A stretch of DNA of 64,000 bases from Tubiluchus corallicola (lineage: Eukaryota; Animalia; Priapulida), in assembly GCA_030141605.1 (NCBI GenBank), contig JAQGDQ010000836.1, positions 1-64,000 on the forward strand, written 5' to 3'. A program made the translations under genes and the position numbers. Under the pieces are notes generated by a model, which ran no database searches, was not told the DNA's origin, and saw nothing but the letters and a program-made list of their open reading frames with translations. Numbering within the stretch: the first letter of the stretch is position 1; each line of letters begins with the position of its first letter. Positions 13,775-30,137 of the stretch are shown here, in pieces.

Positions 13775-14539
13775 ATATATATAATTTAGAATCCAACGCA
13801 TGAGACACATTGAACGACAACGATCATATACAATGGACATAGTTACAAATTATAATCCACCACTACATACATACATACATAATAAACGATAACGAACATA
13901 TTTTAATACTTCGTAACAAAAATTTACACACATTATACACAATGAAAAACAGCGAGTACAATTATAATAAACATAATTACCAAGTCTAATGCAAATTCAC
14001 ATAATCATAAATAAAAACAAAGCAGCATATAGAAAACACGACGAGAGGTAAAATTTCATAACCAACAGACTGTTTATACACGGGCAAAAGACGATAGGAA
14101 TTCATCCGAGATAAGATTTGCAAAAGCATTTATAGCATTATTATCCCGGCTAGAGAAAACATAGTCCGAGTCTAAAGTAGACAGAGTGCCAGTCTAAGGA
14201 CGCCAATAACAAAATCAGACAATGGCATTAATGAATAAGTTGCGCTTGTATTAATTTGGTACTGGTAGGAAAAGGACTCCTATGATAGTTTTTAATTTCA
14301 GTCATCTGCAGCTCAGTTCGGACTCCGCAACGTTAAGAAGTGACGGAATCACGCTGCAACAAACTTTTCTGCTCTCCTACTCTTTCCCCTACTTCTATAA
14401 ATCAAGAAAATGCTTCACGTTAGCTTTATAAACATAAGCAAAACGTTTTTCGGTACGTAAGTCGAGATTTCACTTGATCACTGATGCACTGCACGAGCAA
14501 AACAAGTTACTCAGTCATTGATGCACTGGTGATGTAGCA

Positions 14540-15328
14540 CAAAAACAACTCGACTGCTGATGCTCTGATGATTTATACCTACAGAACAACTCGATCACGA
14601 ATGCACTGATGATTTATACCTATAGAACAACTCGATCACTGATGCACTGATGATTTATACCTGCAGAACAACTCGATCACTGATGCACTGATGATTTAAA
14701 GCTACAGGGCAACTCGATCACTGATGCCCTGATGATTTATACCTGCAGAACAACTCGATCACTGATGCACTGATGATTTATTCCTACAGAACAACTCGAT
14801 CACTGATGCACTAATGATTTGTACCTACAGAACAACTCGATCACTGATGCACTGATGATTTGTACCTACAGAACAACTCGATCACTGATGCACTGATGAT
14901 TTATACCTACAGAACAACTCGATCACTGATGCACTGATGATTTGTACCTACAGAACAACTCGATCACTGATGCACTGATGATTTGTACCTACAGAACAAC
15001 TCGATCACTGATGCACTGATGATTTGTACCTACAGAACAACTCGATCACTGATGCACTGATGATTTATACCTACAGAACAACTCGATCACTGATGCACTG
15101 ATGATTTATACCTACAGAACAACTCGATCACTGATGCACTGATGATTTGTACCTACAGAACAACTCGATCACTGATGCACTGATGATTTGTACCTACAGA
15201 ACAACTCGATCACTGATGCACTGATGATTTATATCTGCAGAACAACTCGATCACTAATGCACTGATGATTTATACCTACAGAACAACTCGATCACTGATG
15301 CACTGATGATTTATACCTACAGAACAAC
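14540..15328. repeat. 41-bp satellite array, block 1
   Basis: Unit cactgatgcactgatgatttatacctacagaacaactcgat. Confidence 0.95.
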
Positions 15329-15910
15329 GTTTGCAATTTTTCTCACAAAGTTTAATTTTCGACTATCTATTAAATAATTCGCAGGCATTGTGCCACAAAA
15401 ATACATTAACAATTTGACGCTTTCATTTTGTCTAAAACCGAATATTTTTCTATAAGCAGTGTTCCATTTTACCCTAACGGCATTAACTTCATTGTTTGAT
15501 ATACCCCCAATTTTACCCGTTAGTTTACTATACCAATTCATTAATACGTTAACAAATATCTCGGGAACCCGTTTATCTGGCAGTTTTATAAACAACCCTC
15601 CGTGCAGTACTCTATCAAAAGCTTTGGAGGCATCTAGAAATGCGACATATACAGGATTATTTCTTGCGGTGAAAAATTTACAGTTTCTTTTATGGTATAT
15701 ATGGCATGAATGCAACTTGATTCGACTTTAAAACCGAATTGTAATTCGTCACTTTCTACGCAATCACCGAATATTGCCAGTAAAACAGATTCAAATAATT
15801 TTGAGATAGTGGGAGATAGAGTAACTGCACGATAATTATTGAAATCTGTTAGGTCGCCATTGTTATCTTTAACAACGGGTATAATTATTCTTTTCCCAAA
15901 ATCATTTGGA
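15329..15910 (-). pseudogene. Degenerate non-LTR RT fragment, copy 2
   Basis: ORF 15317-15715 with FLDASKAFDRV; duplicate of copy 1. Confidence 0.8.
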
Positions 15911-16125
15911 TACGATTACAGTTATAAAATTATACTAAATGTAAATAGACCTACATACTTGGTACTAAGGTTGAGTTAGCGCCATCTCTCATAAAGGTAG
16001 CCAGTCTATTATTATTATTATTATTACTCTTTATTTATAAAAACTATGTGCAGAATACATTCCCTCTATTTGTAGGGATATGTTTAAAATTTCTAGAAGC
16101 ATTTACAACGTATTAAACTTATTCA

Positions 16126-16231
<106 letters not shown>

Positions 16232-16990
16232 ATTTAGAATCCAACGCATGAGACATATTGAACGACAACGATCATATACAATAGACATAGTTACAAATTA
16301 TAATCCACCACTACATACATACATAATAAACGATAACGAACATATTTTATTACTTCGTAACAAAAATTTACACACATTATACACAATGAAAAACAGCGAG
16401 TACAATTATAATAAACATAATTACCAAGTCTAATGCAAATTCACATAATCATAAATAAAAACAAAGCAGCATATAGAAAACACGACGAGAGGTAAAATTT
16501 CATCACCAACAGACTGTTTATACACGGGCAAAAGACGATAGGAATTCATCCGAGATAAGATTTGCAAAAGCATTTATAGCATTATTATCCCGGCTAGAGA
16601 AAACATAGTCCGAGTCTAAACTAGACAGAGTGCCAGTCTAAGAACGCCAATAACAAAATCAGACAATGGCATTAATGAATAAGTTGCGCTTGTATTAATT
16701 TGGTACTGGTAGGAAAAGGACTCCTATGATAGTTTTTAATTTCACTCATCTGTAGCTCAGTTCGGACTCCGCAACGTTAAGAAGTGACGGAATCACGCTG
16801 CAACAAACTTTTCTGCTCTCCTACTCTTTCCCCTACTTCTATAAATCAAGAAAATGCTTCACGTTAGCTTTATAAACATAAGCAAACGTTTTTCGGTACG
16901 TAAGTCGAGATTTCACTTGATCACTGATGCACTGCACGAGCAAAACAAGTTACTCAGTCATTGATGCACTGGTGATGTAGCACAAAAACA

Positions 16991-19900
16991 ACTCGACTGC
17001 TGATGCTCTGATGATTTATACCTACAGAACAACTCGATCACGAATGCACTGATGATTTATACCTATAGAACAACTCGATCACTGATGCACTGATGATTTA
17101 TACCTGCAGAACAACTCGATCACTGATGCACTGATGATTTAAAGCTACAGGGCAACTCGATCACTGATGCCCTGATGATTTATACCTGCAGAACAACTCG
17201 ATCACTGATGCACTGATGATTTATTCCTACAGAACAACTCGATTACTGATGCACTGATGATTTGTACCTACAGAACAACTCGATCACTGATGCACTGATG
17301 ATTTGTACCTACAGAACAACTCGATCACTGATGCACTGATGATTTATACCTACAGAACAACTCGATCACTGATGCACTGATGATTTGTACCTACAGAACA
17401 ACTCGATCACTGATGCACTGATGATTTGTACCTACAGAACAACTCGATCACTGATGCACTGATGATTTGTACCTACAGAACAACTCGATCACTGATGCAC
17501 TGATGATTTATACCTACAGAACAACTCGATCACTGATGCACTGATGATTTGTACCTACAGAACAACTCGATCACTGATGCACTGATGATTTGTACCTACA
17601 GAACAACTCGATCACTGATGCACTGATGATTTGTACCTACAGAACAACTCGATCACTGATGCACTGATGATTTATACCTACAGGACAACTCGATCACTGA
17701 TGCACTGATGATTTATATCTGCAGAACAACTCGATCACTAATGCACTGATGATTTATACCTACAGAACAACTCGATCACTGATGCACTGATGATTTATAC
17801 CTACAGAACAACTCGATCACTGATGCACTGATGATTTATACCTACAGAACAACTCGATCACTGATGCACTGATGATTTATACCTACAGAACAACTCGATC
17901 ACTGATGCACTGATGATTTATACCTGCAGAACAACTCGATCACTGATTCACTGATGATTTAAAGCTACAGGACAACTAGATCACTGATGCACTGATCATT
18001 TTGACCTACAGAACAATTCGATCACTGATGCACTGATGATTTATACCTACAGGACAACTCGATCACTGATGCACTGATGATTTATACCTACAGAACAACT
18101 CGATCACTGATGCACTGATGATTTGTACCTACAGAACAACTCGATCACTGATGCACTGATGATTTGTACCTACAGAACAACTCGATCACTGATGCACTGA
18201 TGATTTGTACCTACAGAACAACTCGATCACTGATGCACTGATGATGTGTACCTACAGAACAACTTGATCACTGATGCACTGATGATTTGTACCTACAGAA
18301 CAACTCGATCACTGATGCACTGATGATCTATACCTGCAGAACAACTCGATCACTAATGCACTGATGATTTATACCTACAGAACAACTCGATCACTGATGC
18401 TCTGATCATTTTGACCTACAGAACAATTCGATCACTGATGCACTGATGATTTATACCTACAGGACAACTCGATCACTGATGCACTGATGATTTATACCTG
18501 CAGAACAACTCGATCACTAATGCACTGATGATTTATACCTACAGAACAACTCGATCACTGATGCACTGATGATTTATACCTGCAGAACAACTCGATCACT
18601 GATGCACTGATGATTTAAAGCTACAGGACAACTCGATCACTGATGCACTGATGATTTGTACCTACAGAACAACTCGATCACAGATGCACTGATGATTTTG
18701 ACCTACAGAACAACTCGATCACTGATGCTCTGATCATTTTGACCTACAGAACAATTCGATCACTGATGCACTGATGCACTGATGCACAGATGATTTATAC
18801 CTGCAGAACAACTCGATCACTGATGCACTGATGATTTGTACCTACAGAACAACTCGATCACTGATGCACTGATGATTTGTACCTACAGAACAACTCGATC
18901 ACTGATGCACTGATGATTTATACCTGCAGAACAACTAGATCACTGATGCACTGATCATTTTGACCTACAGAACAACTCGATCACTGATGCACTGATGATT
19001 TTGACCTACAGAACAACTCGATCGCAGATGCACTGATGATTTAAAGCTGCAGGACAACTCGATCACTGATGCACTAATGATTTGTCACTAAAAACGACTC
19101 TGTCACTGGTACACTGATGATTTAGAACTATAGACAACTCGATCACTGATGATTTAGAACTATAGAGCAGCTCGATCACTGTTTCACTGATGACGGAACA
19201 CTACACACAACTTTATCACTGACGCACTGGCGATCAGGCTTAACACTATAGACCAATCTGATCACTCACGCACTGACAAAGAGTAGGTAGAAAATCTTGC
19301 ACAACAGAATAACTCAGTCATTGATGTACAGGCGATGTAGCAGAAAAAAACAACTCGATCGCTGATGCTCTGTTGATTTTGCATTATAGAACAACTCGAT
19401 CACAGATACACTGATGATTTTGCATTACAGAACAACTCAGTCACTGATGCTCTGTTGATTTTGCATTATAGAACAACTCGATCACTGATGCACTGATGTT
19501 TTAGCAACACAAAACAATTCAGTGACTGATACACTGATGTTTTAGCCACACAAAACAACTCGATGACTGATGCACTGATGATTTAGCAGCACAAAACAAC
19601 TCAATGACCGATGCACTGATGATTTAGCAACACAAAACAATTGAGTGACTGATGCACTGATGATTTAGCAACACAAAACAACTCAATGACTGATGCACTG
19701 ATGTTTTAGCAACACAAAACACTTCAGTGACTGATGCACTGATGATTTAGCAACACAAAACACTTCAGTGACTGATGCACTGATGATTTAGCAACACAAA
19801 ACACTTCAGTGACTGATGCACTGATGATTTAGCAACACAAAACACTTCAGTGACTGATGCACTGATGATTTAGCCACACAAAACAACTCAATGACTGATG

Positions 19901-20228
19901 CACTGATGTTTTAGCAACACAAAACACTTCAGTGACTGATGCACTGATGATTTAGCCACACAAAACAACTCAATGACTGATGCACTGATGTTTTAGCAAC
20001 ACAAAACAATTCAGTGACTGATGCACTGATGATTTAGCAACACAAAACAACTTGATCACTGATGCACTGATGTTTTAGCAACACAAAACAACTCAATGAC
20101 TGATGCACTGATGTTTTAGCAACACAAAACAACTCGATCACTGACGCACTGATGTTTTAGCAACACAAAACAACTCGATGACTGATGCACTGATGATATA
20201 GTAACACAAAACAACTCGATGACTGATG
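16991..20228. repeat. 41-bp satellite array, block 2, with a variant sub-array from about 19490
   Basis: Same unit as block 1; distal units read gatttagcaacacaaaacaactcaatgactgatg. Confidence 0.95.
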
Positions 20229-20843
20229 ACTAAAAAAGAAACGCTATTGCTGGTGCACTAATGGTGTGAGCTGTTTGTTATCACAATTTATAAAGGAGTT
20301 GCAAAACGGATGTTCATCATATCAATACGGAGCTTCATACTTGTGACATTTGAAATTTTGCTCCGCTTCCAAGTTGCTTTACAACATTGTGCTATTGATT
20401 CTAACATCTACACACTTGAACAATAGACCATCCTAAATAGTCAACACTGCATAGCAACGCTGATGTTTCGTAGTCGCAAACTGCAAAAAAATTCTTAATG
20501 TAGAAACTGCAAAAAAGCCATAAATTTTGTGACTTTATAACTAAACTTATAATTGATCATTGCACTATTTATGCACCAGGGATTAGATTTCATACACATG
20601 AATACAAGTGTTGAAACAAGCAGGCAGCCGAAAACCATCCAAGACACTGAATATTGTTTTAACTATTTGTAAGTCCATGGACTGTCTTCCTGATCCGTTC
20701 TGCCAATAAATGGCCAAAGTGAAGAAAGCATATGTGGCAACAACAGAAATATCTTTCAAGACAAACACGGGTGTATGTTACCACGGGTATATCGCTATAG
20801 AAACCGTTTGTTTTACTGACGCGTCTATTGCGTAGTTTAATTA

Positions 20844-21224
20844 CAGTGTTCCCTCACTACATCGCGGTTCGTTTATCGCGGACTTCCCGCTTCGCGGGTT
20901 TTCAAAGGATTTATTCGGCGGATGAATACATACCAAAAACGAAATGTAGTGGTATGTATGCGTGAGATGCTACTTGCCGACGTGTGATTGTACACAACAC
21001 ACGATTGATTGATTGATGGAAAGTTTTTTAAAAGGTACGTGTACAGTATGGGAAAAGTTATTAAGCGAATGCGAAAGGGTCATGTATAAGAGTGTGGGGA
21101 GGGTTTATAAAGACTTAAAATAATGTATAACTACTAAAATAAGTATAGCGTCCCTACTTCGCAAAAATTCACTTATCGCGGGTGGGCCTGGAACGAAACA
21201 CCCGCGATAAGTGAGGGAACACTG
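20844..21224. mobile_element. Tigger-like MITE (Tc1/mariner superfamily)
   Basis: TIRs cagtgttccctcact...atcgcgg / cccgcgataagtgagggaacactg, flanked by TA. Confidence 0.85.
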
Positions 21225-21652
21225 TAAACAATACATTCTTAAAATGGACGAGGTTTTTACTTCCAAAAAATATTTTAGTAAAACGTTTAGTAGTTGTAAT
21301 ACAATAATCTGGAAAAAATGTGCAACCTTTAAGTATTGCGAGAGACGTGAAAGCTTAGCTGCCAAAATGCCATCGAGAATTTGTGGGTTACCACCCAAGT
21401 AATTATTAATGTTTAATATTTATTTATGTATTAAATTCATTTAATATTCATTAACATCACTGAACAGTACACTGAATATGAAAAAGGTGTTCGATAGAGT
21501 GTACACGGAGCTTTGATTACAATAGCAGCCTCAGAGTTACGTCACAATCTTCATGCCTACGCAAACTGCCGCTCCTGCGCCAGGACAAAAATTAGAAGCG
21601 CAGATTTTTTCAACATCAACTCATTATCAACAACATCAACATCAACCCGTGC

Positions 21653-21683
<31 letters not shown>

Positions 21684-21684
21684 C

Positions 21685-22460
21685 TCCTGTCTTCTCTGTT
21701 CTTTCTATTTGCTGTTGATTTTGTTCTGAAGAAAACAACAAGTCACAAGTGGGTGCAAAAATGAAACGCAAGTGAACGATCTGGATTTCGCGGACGACAT
21801 CGCTTTGCCAAGTGGGTTATGAAACGCAAGTGAAAGATCTGGATTTCGCGGACGACATCGCTTTGCCAAGTGGGTTATGAAACGCAAGTGAAAGATCTGG
21901 ATTTCGCGGACGACATCGCTTTGCCAAGTGGGTTATGAAACGCAAGTGAAAGATCTGGATTTCGCGGACGACATCGCTTTGCTTGCTGATGATAACCTGC
22001 AAAGGCTAGTACTGAATCTAAAATAGAAAAATCAAACAAAAGTAATCAAGGTAAGAAGGAGCGAGAAGACACGAACTACCAAGCTGCAGCGGCCAGTCTA
22101 ATCTGCAGGAATCAGGCAGGAGTTAAAACAGTGGACCACTTCATCGTGCCCCTCCCTTGTCTGGGTAGTATGGTGGGTTCCGATAGCTAATGTTAACTAC
22201 AGAAATGTGATGGCAAGGCATTTGCGGTCTGGTCTGTCGCCACCATCACAATTGACATATGAAGGTCCTACTCTAGAACTGCTTTTCTGTACCAAAAGAC
22301 ATCAATATCAATGAAACAATCGGGCGAGCTGCATACCTCCAAGCTACCTACCTACATACCTACATACCATAAGAAAATGTGGCAAGATCTTAACCTGGTA
22401 AGAACCACATAACCAACGAAGATGGTTTGAAAGGGAGAAGGCACGTCTGCTGTCTGAACG
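21685..22460 (+). pseudogene. Degenerate RTE-like LINE RT fragment with a 4x amplified 58-bp segment
   Basis: LSSLFFLFAVDFVLKK...DLDFADDIAL, then VDHF and LGS remnants. Confidence 0.75.
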
Positions 22461-22479
22461 TTTTGCAGACCTATAGAAA

Positions 22480-22695
22480 ACTAGAAAACCCGTCAACGAA
22501 TTTCATCATTGCCAAAAATGGAACAATGCACTTAGTTATTAATGGAAAAAACTATTATAAAGTGACATATGTATACATGTATAGTGACACATATATGTAC
22601 TATATATATATGTCACTTTATAATAGTTTTTTCCATTAAGAAAATGCATTGCTTCATTTTTGGCAATGATTAAATTCGTTGACGGATTTTGTAGT
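22480..22695. mobile_element. Foldback/palindromic element with about 90-bp arms
   Basis: ccgtcaacgaatttcatcattgccaaaaatg...ataaagtgacatat pairs with atatgtcactttat...catttttggcaatgattaaattcgttgacgg. Confidence 0.75.
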
Positions 22696-23384
22696 TGGTG
22701 GTGCAGTAACTATTGGCAAATGCAGAATTTGTCATTATCATCGATCTTACTCACGGAACAGCTTTAGCTCTCCGAAAGGAATGCATATTCACCACTGGTA
22801 GTGGAGTGGCAGGGAGGCCAACTAGGCTCCCTGTATACTATGTGATTTGCTGATAAAAGTCCATATAGAAATAACGATGACTTACAATATGTCTAGGCAG
22901 GAAAGAGCCCGTTTCTTGGGTTTAGATTTTTAGACCACGTGACACAGCTTGGAGTTATCGGGGTTTCATGATTGAATATCGCCACTTAATTTTAACGAAC
23001 GGTGTGATTTTTTTCGTAAACAACTAATCACGACAATTCTTTACGTCTCAACGCTCAAACGAGCAACGTATAGTTGAATCCTCAATGTCTGCTTGGCTAC
23101 CGTTACCGTTACAGTCAAAGGATGGAGATTAAGATTATAACAGCGCTACTCCACGATCATTGACTGTGTCGCAAAGAAGGTAAAATTAGGTAACCTTTAT
23201 AAGGAAGCTAGTTTGACCCAATTTGGAAACTACAATAATAACAAGGTTTGGTGTAGACATCTCTCCTCTCTGGTTTTCCAGATTAACCTTCTGTTGAATG
23301 TAACGTTTCCGTAGCAACATTTTTCTCTGGTTTCTGCATACGTAATGAACTGTTTACGTAATGTATTCTTACGTTACCAGCATA

Positions 23385-23830
23385 TTTATGTACAACAGCG
23401 AAACTTGGGGTTTAAAGATTACTTAAGAAAAGCAGATTGACACATTTCATAGAATTCTTCTTAGGAAAGTTTTAAAGATAAGATAACCATACATAATCAA
23501 AAATGAAGATTTATACACCAGAACCAAAACATTTCTTGGAGTTCAAAAATCAAGATGCGAAAATTAAGATGGTTATGACAACTTCTAAGATTACCAAATA
23601 AAGCACCAGTAAGAATTTCCTTAAAGGAAGCCTTAAAACCTTGCAAAAAACCACCTGGTAAACCTAAAACAACTTGGATAGCTAAGATAAATAAAGATGT
23701 TCAAGTACTTCAACCGAATCTATCTTTAGGAGTAGAAGAACTTACGCTGTTAGCTGCAGATAGAAGTGGGTAGAATACTCTGATAAATGTTGATACCTCA
23801 ATGCCTACAACAGATGGAATGAGACTTTGA
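23385..23830 (+). pseudogene. Degenerate RTE-like LINE C-terminal fragment
   Basis: FMYNSETW...QIDTFHR...KKPPGKPKTTW, with stops and frameshifts. Confidence 0.6.
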
Positions 23831-24229
23831 AGAAATGTTGTTCTTGTTATGCACAAGATAATGTTATGTTACCGAAAAATCTGGATATAAAAGTTTACAA
23901 AACCGAAAAATAGGAAGATAGAAAGTCTGCACTTTTCAACTAGAGTCTTTCAAGGCTGTAAGACGTTTTGCAGGGAAGATGCAACTAGACCGATTTGTTA
24001 TTTAGCCGTTCTTCCTTTAGGAACTCCGGCATTCGTTATCAACTCGGGAGCATTTAGGGCTAGATAGAGTGAATCATTCGATGAAAAATTACTTAAAAGT
24101 GCAACAGAAGTGGTTTTGATATCATTCTCTGTCGTTTGCACAAAGAGGCAAAACATTTATTTAGAACTTCTCAAAAGATTATGAACTGACCAAAGTTATT
24201 TGAATGACTAGACATATATAATGAATAAA

Positions 24230-24480
24230 GCAAAACACTGTTCTGGATTTTATATGTACAGATCAGAATTCTGCATGTTGAAATCCGGTACTCATTGACC
24301 GGTCCTCTCAAAGCGGGTTATTGTGTCTGATCGCCTTTGACTGTGAATATGTTCTTCCTCAAGCAAGGAAACCCGCCAGAAACCTCCCGGAGACGCGGAA
24401 CGCGGTAGTCACCCATCCATGCACTGTCCAATTTCGCCAGTGCTTAATTTCTCTCGAGTGGAAATGGCCGTCCGCATTCA
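24230..24480 (-). mobile_element. Degenerate 5S-rRNA-derived SINE-like element
   Basis: Minus strand gaaattaagca...ggacagtgcatggatgggtgactacc resembles the 5S box A and box C region, followed by a non-5S body. Confidence 0.5.
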
Positions 24481-24706
24481 TTAGGTGTAAAAAACTACAG
24501 AACAACAGGTGTAAACGAAGAAGACACTGAACTCATGGATCTCGCAAACTTTGTCAACAAAATATAGACAGTAGAAATACTTTAGCACGACTATTAGTAA
24601 AATCTTTCTCAGCAACTATTTCTTCTAAATAGTATGTGACATATCGTTTATAACTGTGTACAAATTAAGGTGTAACGAAATAAAAAATATCGTACAGATC
24701 GTACTC

Positions 24707-26023
<1,317 letters not shown>

Positions 26024-27281
26024 GTAATTAGTAACCTAATAATTCTGAAACGAATATTTTTATCTTTACTCAAATGTTATTTCTGTTTTTTTTGTATACT
26101 AAATGTTTGAAGAGTTTACGAAAGTGTACATGTGCCTGCTTGATACTCCTGCCAGACGTGTGATCCGCCAAAGTGAAGGAATACGTGTTTGAGTTTGTTG
26201 TTTGGGCCAGTTGACGGGTAAACATAAGTTTAAACTTTTAAAATTAGGAGTTTAAGAAAGTTACGTAAAAATGACTTACTGACGAACAAAAGCCAATCTT
26301 TCCCGCATTTCTAGAACATTTTTTAAAATACCATTCCTGTTGGATTCGGAAATGAGAGGCACCCAAAGACAAGCTTCTCCGTTTAAGAACTTCTCTGCCC
26401 TACATGGAAATCTCAGTTTGCACGTCACAGCATTCTGCATCGTTGCCATGACAATAAATTAATGATACTAATTCTATAGATATAATTTTTTGGAAAACAA
26501 AACTCTTTCTGTTCAGCCACTCGGGCCTTTGCAGACGTAAACGATAACTTTGGATGTAAATTATTTATTAACTTATTTAATCATTTTGATACGATGTTGT
26601 TGACGTCGGTGGCGATGACGGTGATTGCTGCTGCTGTGCAAATTTTAAGAAATACGATTAATGTTCTTATCAGCGTTGCGTACATTACGTGGATTGTCTA
26701 AGCGCCATAGATTCATGTTGAACCTTGAGCACATCATGTATAGTGTCCTCGACTCACTGTAGGTGGCGCTAAGGTTTTATATAGCGCAGAACGCAGATTT
26801 AGCGGAATCCGTGAAATGGCAAGCAGTGACGACGAAATTATTCTAAATCATTATGAAATATTAAATTTCTACAGTCATTAATACCTTGAATGCAGATATT
26901 GTTGGATTTTTTGACCTTTTGTCACTGGCACGCAAAAGTGACATAGTAATCATACGGGAAACGGGTTAAATATGGTTGGTTAACATTTAGTCAAAATTTG
27001 AAACCGAAATGATTTCATCGCGACGTGATTCAAATAAATACTAGAATTGACAAAAATAAACTTTTATACGATTTTGAAAACAAGAATGAAGCTTTTTCCA
27101 ATATTCCGCCATATCTAAACGTCACATTGCAAATACATTACGGCTTTCAGTTGCGTGTATTTTAAAAATTATTAATTTCTGGTGTGACATGATGAAATTT
27201 GGGTGTTTTGCATGTGCGAAACCCATCAACTTGTAATGTGGTAGAAGTAGAAGCTCTTTTGCGAAAGTGAGCTTGGCTTAA

Positions 27282-27962
27282 AGGACAAGAAAAGGGGGTA
27301 CCTGAAGTAGGTTTCAGAAAACTCGCCTTAAAAAATTTTATTACTTTATAGCAATTTTGTGCACATATCGGTATTCGCGTTGAAAGGAATTTTTGTTTGT
27401 TTTCATTTTAAATTTCCCGCAATACTGTTCCGACGCCGCCATTGTATGACGTCACCTACGCAAATGTAAATCAGAGGAAGAAGAAAAAAATGTTAAAATT
27501 ATGACCCAAAAAACTTTCCGTGCAAATCCATATTACTTAGCATTTCACTCACCTGCTGGAAAGACTTAATTAACTAGAAAAGAAAATTATTAATTATATT
27601 ATTTAAAATGTTTTTACTAATTATTGGTAAAATGTTGCTGACACACCCTCTAGGGTGCACCACTCACTAACCAAAAAACGTATTTTTAATCTTATTGACC
27701 AGATACAGTAATTTGAAATTTTACTTAGTTAGTGACGTGTATTCTACGAAAGCTCTGATTATTTTCCAAACTTTACAAAATGTTATCTAAACTTGTTTCA
27801 AATGACCTGCCCTGAAAATTGCTGCGTCTAACTTTAAAATTCATGTTTTATCCAGCGTTACTGCCGATTGAAGTCCTGCATGCAAAAAGGCAGTATGTAA
27901 GCGATATAAAATCTCAAAACGAATTTTTCAAGCTTTATGTTTATGAAAGGTTCTCTCGTGTT
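27282..27962 (+). mobile_element. TTAA-target MITE family B (Kolobok-like), copy 1
   Basis: ttaa|aggacaagaaaa ... ttctctcgtgtt|ttaa; homologous to three other copies in the window. Confidence 0.8.
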
Positions 27963-29454
27963 TTAACGCCTGTTTTGGATGTATACCCATTATTATTTCA
28001 GCACTACATTTTGAGTTAGGCACTACACACCCAAAAAGAGATTAACTGAGCAACAAACGATTCGTATAAATATGGCCATAAATATGACACATAATCGTTT
28101 AAACACGTCTGCAGAACACTAAAAAATTCAATTACAATCCTATTATTGAGGAATTACTCTCATCTTCTGATCGCTTCGTCTGTCCTTTATGATGTGGCAG
28201 AAGCAGTCACCGTAGCAACGTTTATCTACAGTCGCCATAGCAACGTTTACCTGCAGTCTCCATAGCAACATTTACCTGCAGTCTCCATAGCAACGTTTAT
28301 CTTTCAAGTGTACGTCAACGATTATATGAGTTATGGTGAATAAATGGGAACGAAAAAGCTAACAGGTTGGCTTTTTAGGACTTACGTATACTAAAAATTA
28401 ATAATCAGTAATAGATATGAACAAAATTTAATGACAAACCGTACAAACTGGCAGACATTAAATGGGAAATGTTAATACAAAACGTGAATTAAGTTTGATA
28501 AAACTTGAATATATCACAGTACTTAAGTAAAGTATCAGATGGCTTAGATGGGGCGGTAGCACGACAAATCTGCAAAAAATAACTGCTCTTGATTGTACGT
28601 TTACAACAAATGCAAAAAAGTGTCAAAAATGCCACAATTATAAAAATAAATAATTTTATAGATTATTAGTCACGGCGTGTGTCTAGTCCTCCAACATGAA
28701 CCTGGTCAGTAGTTGGGTGGGAGACTATCAGAAAAATTTGTTCTGGTCGGTTTCATCTGCTTCTCTATCATGTATGGTTATTTATCTTGATGAGGGTGAA
28801 ATAATATAAACGTGGTTACCTTGGGAAAAAAATATATTCGCCCTCGAGGGGTCCCTGCCTCCCTACAAGCATTCTACAATATTCTACGCTGGATACCAGC
28901 TTGAAGAAAGCCGAAGTATGTAGAAAAATACCAGGCTCTCAACTTACTTTCATAACATTCAAGAATGTTAAGCTTTTTGAATCATTTTGTAAATTTTTCA
29001 TCTGCAAACAAACCTGGATAGGCTTAGATTAGATTTGTCCAACTTGTTGAATTGGCACAGTGACCACAGAAAAGTTTACGCTTGCAAATACTAATTTATA
29101 TTGTTAGCAAGTTTATGTATAATTACTGTTGTTTTTCTAATCACAATTAACTTACTGAACAGTAATTAAGATCGTCATTCGTTCATAATTTTGAAGTTCA
29201 CAAATAGCACTGGTATTTTACCAGTCACAAATGCTGTTTGTACTAGATTAATAAAAGCTAGACAATTAAAAGTTACTACATTATGTAGATAAATTTACCA
29301 ATTGTCAGAACGTAGTTCATGTAAGCTGTATCGTAACTTTTGTTTTGCGCTCTAACAAAGTCGTACTTATGAAGTAATTATGATGAAATTTAACGTAATT
29401 ACACTTGAATGTTATTCTGTGCTGGTTATTACGTTATTTTAAGACTATGCTTAA

Positions 29455-30137
29455 AACACAAGAAAACCCTTCATAAACATAAAGCTTAAAAAATTCGTTT
29501 TGAAATTTTATACCACTTACGTATTGCCTTTTTGCATGCAGTACTTTATCGGCAGTCACGCTGTATATAACTTGTAAATTTAAACTCCTGTGATGACCGT
29601 TAGACGCAGCCATTTTCACGACAGGTCATTTGAAACAAGTTTAGATAACATTTTGTAAAGTTTGAAAAAATAATCAGAGCATTCGTAGCGCACAAGCCAC
29701 TAACTAAATAAAATTTAAAATTACTGTATCTTGTCAATAAGATTAAAAATGCGTTTTTGGTTACTGAGTGGTGCACCCTGGAGGGTGAGTCAGCGACATT
29801 TTACCAATTGGTGAAAACATTTTAAATAATTAATAATTTTCTTTTCTAGTTACACAAGTCTTTCTAGTAGGTAAGCGAAAATCTAAGTAATATAGATTTG
29901 CATAGAAAGTCTTTTGAGATATAATTTAACATTTCCTTCTCTTCCCTTCATTTACATTTGTTGCATGACGTCATGTAATGGCGACTGCGGAACAGTATTG
30001 CGGGAGATTTAAAATGAGAACAAACTAAAATTCCTTTCAGTGCGAGTAAGATATACGCATGAAATTGCTATAAAGTAATATAATTTTTTAAGGCGATTTT
30101 TCTGAAACCTACACCTGGGTACCGCTTTTCTTGTCCT
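29455..30137 (-). mobile_element. TTAA-target MITE family B, copy 2
   Basis: ttaa|aacacaagaaaa ... ttttcttgtcct|ttaa; reverse complement of copy 1. Confidence 0.8.
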
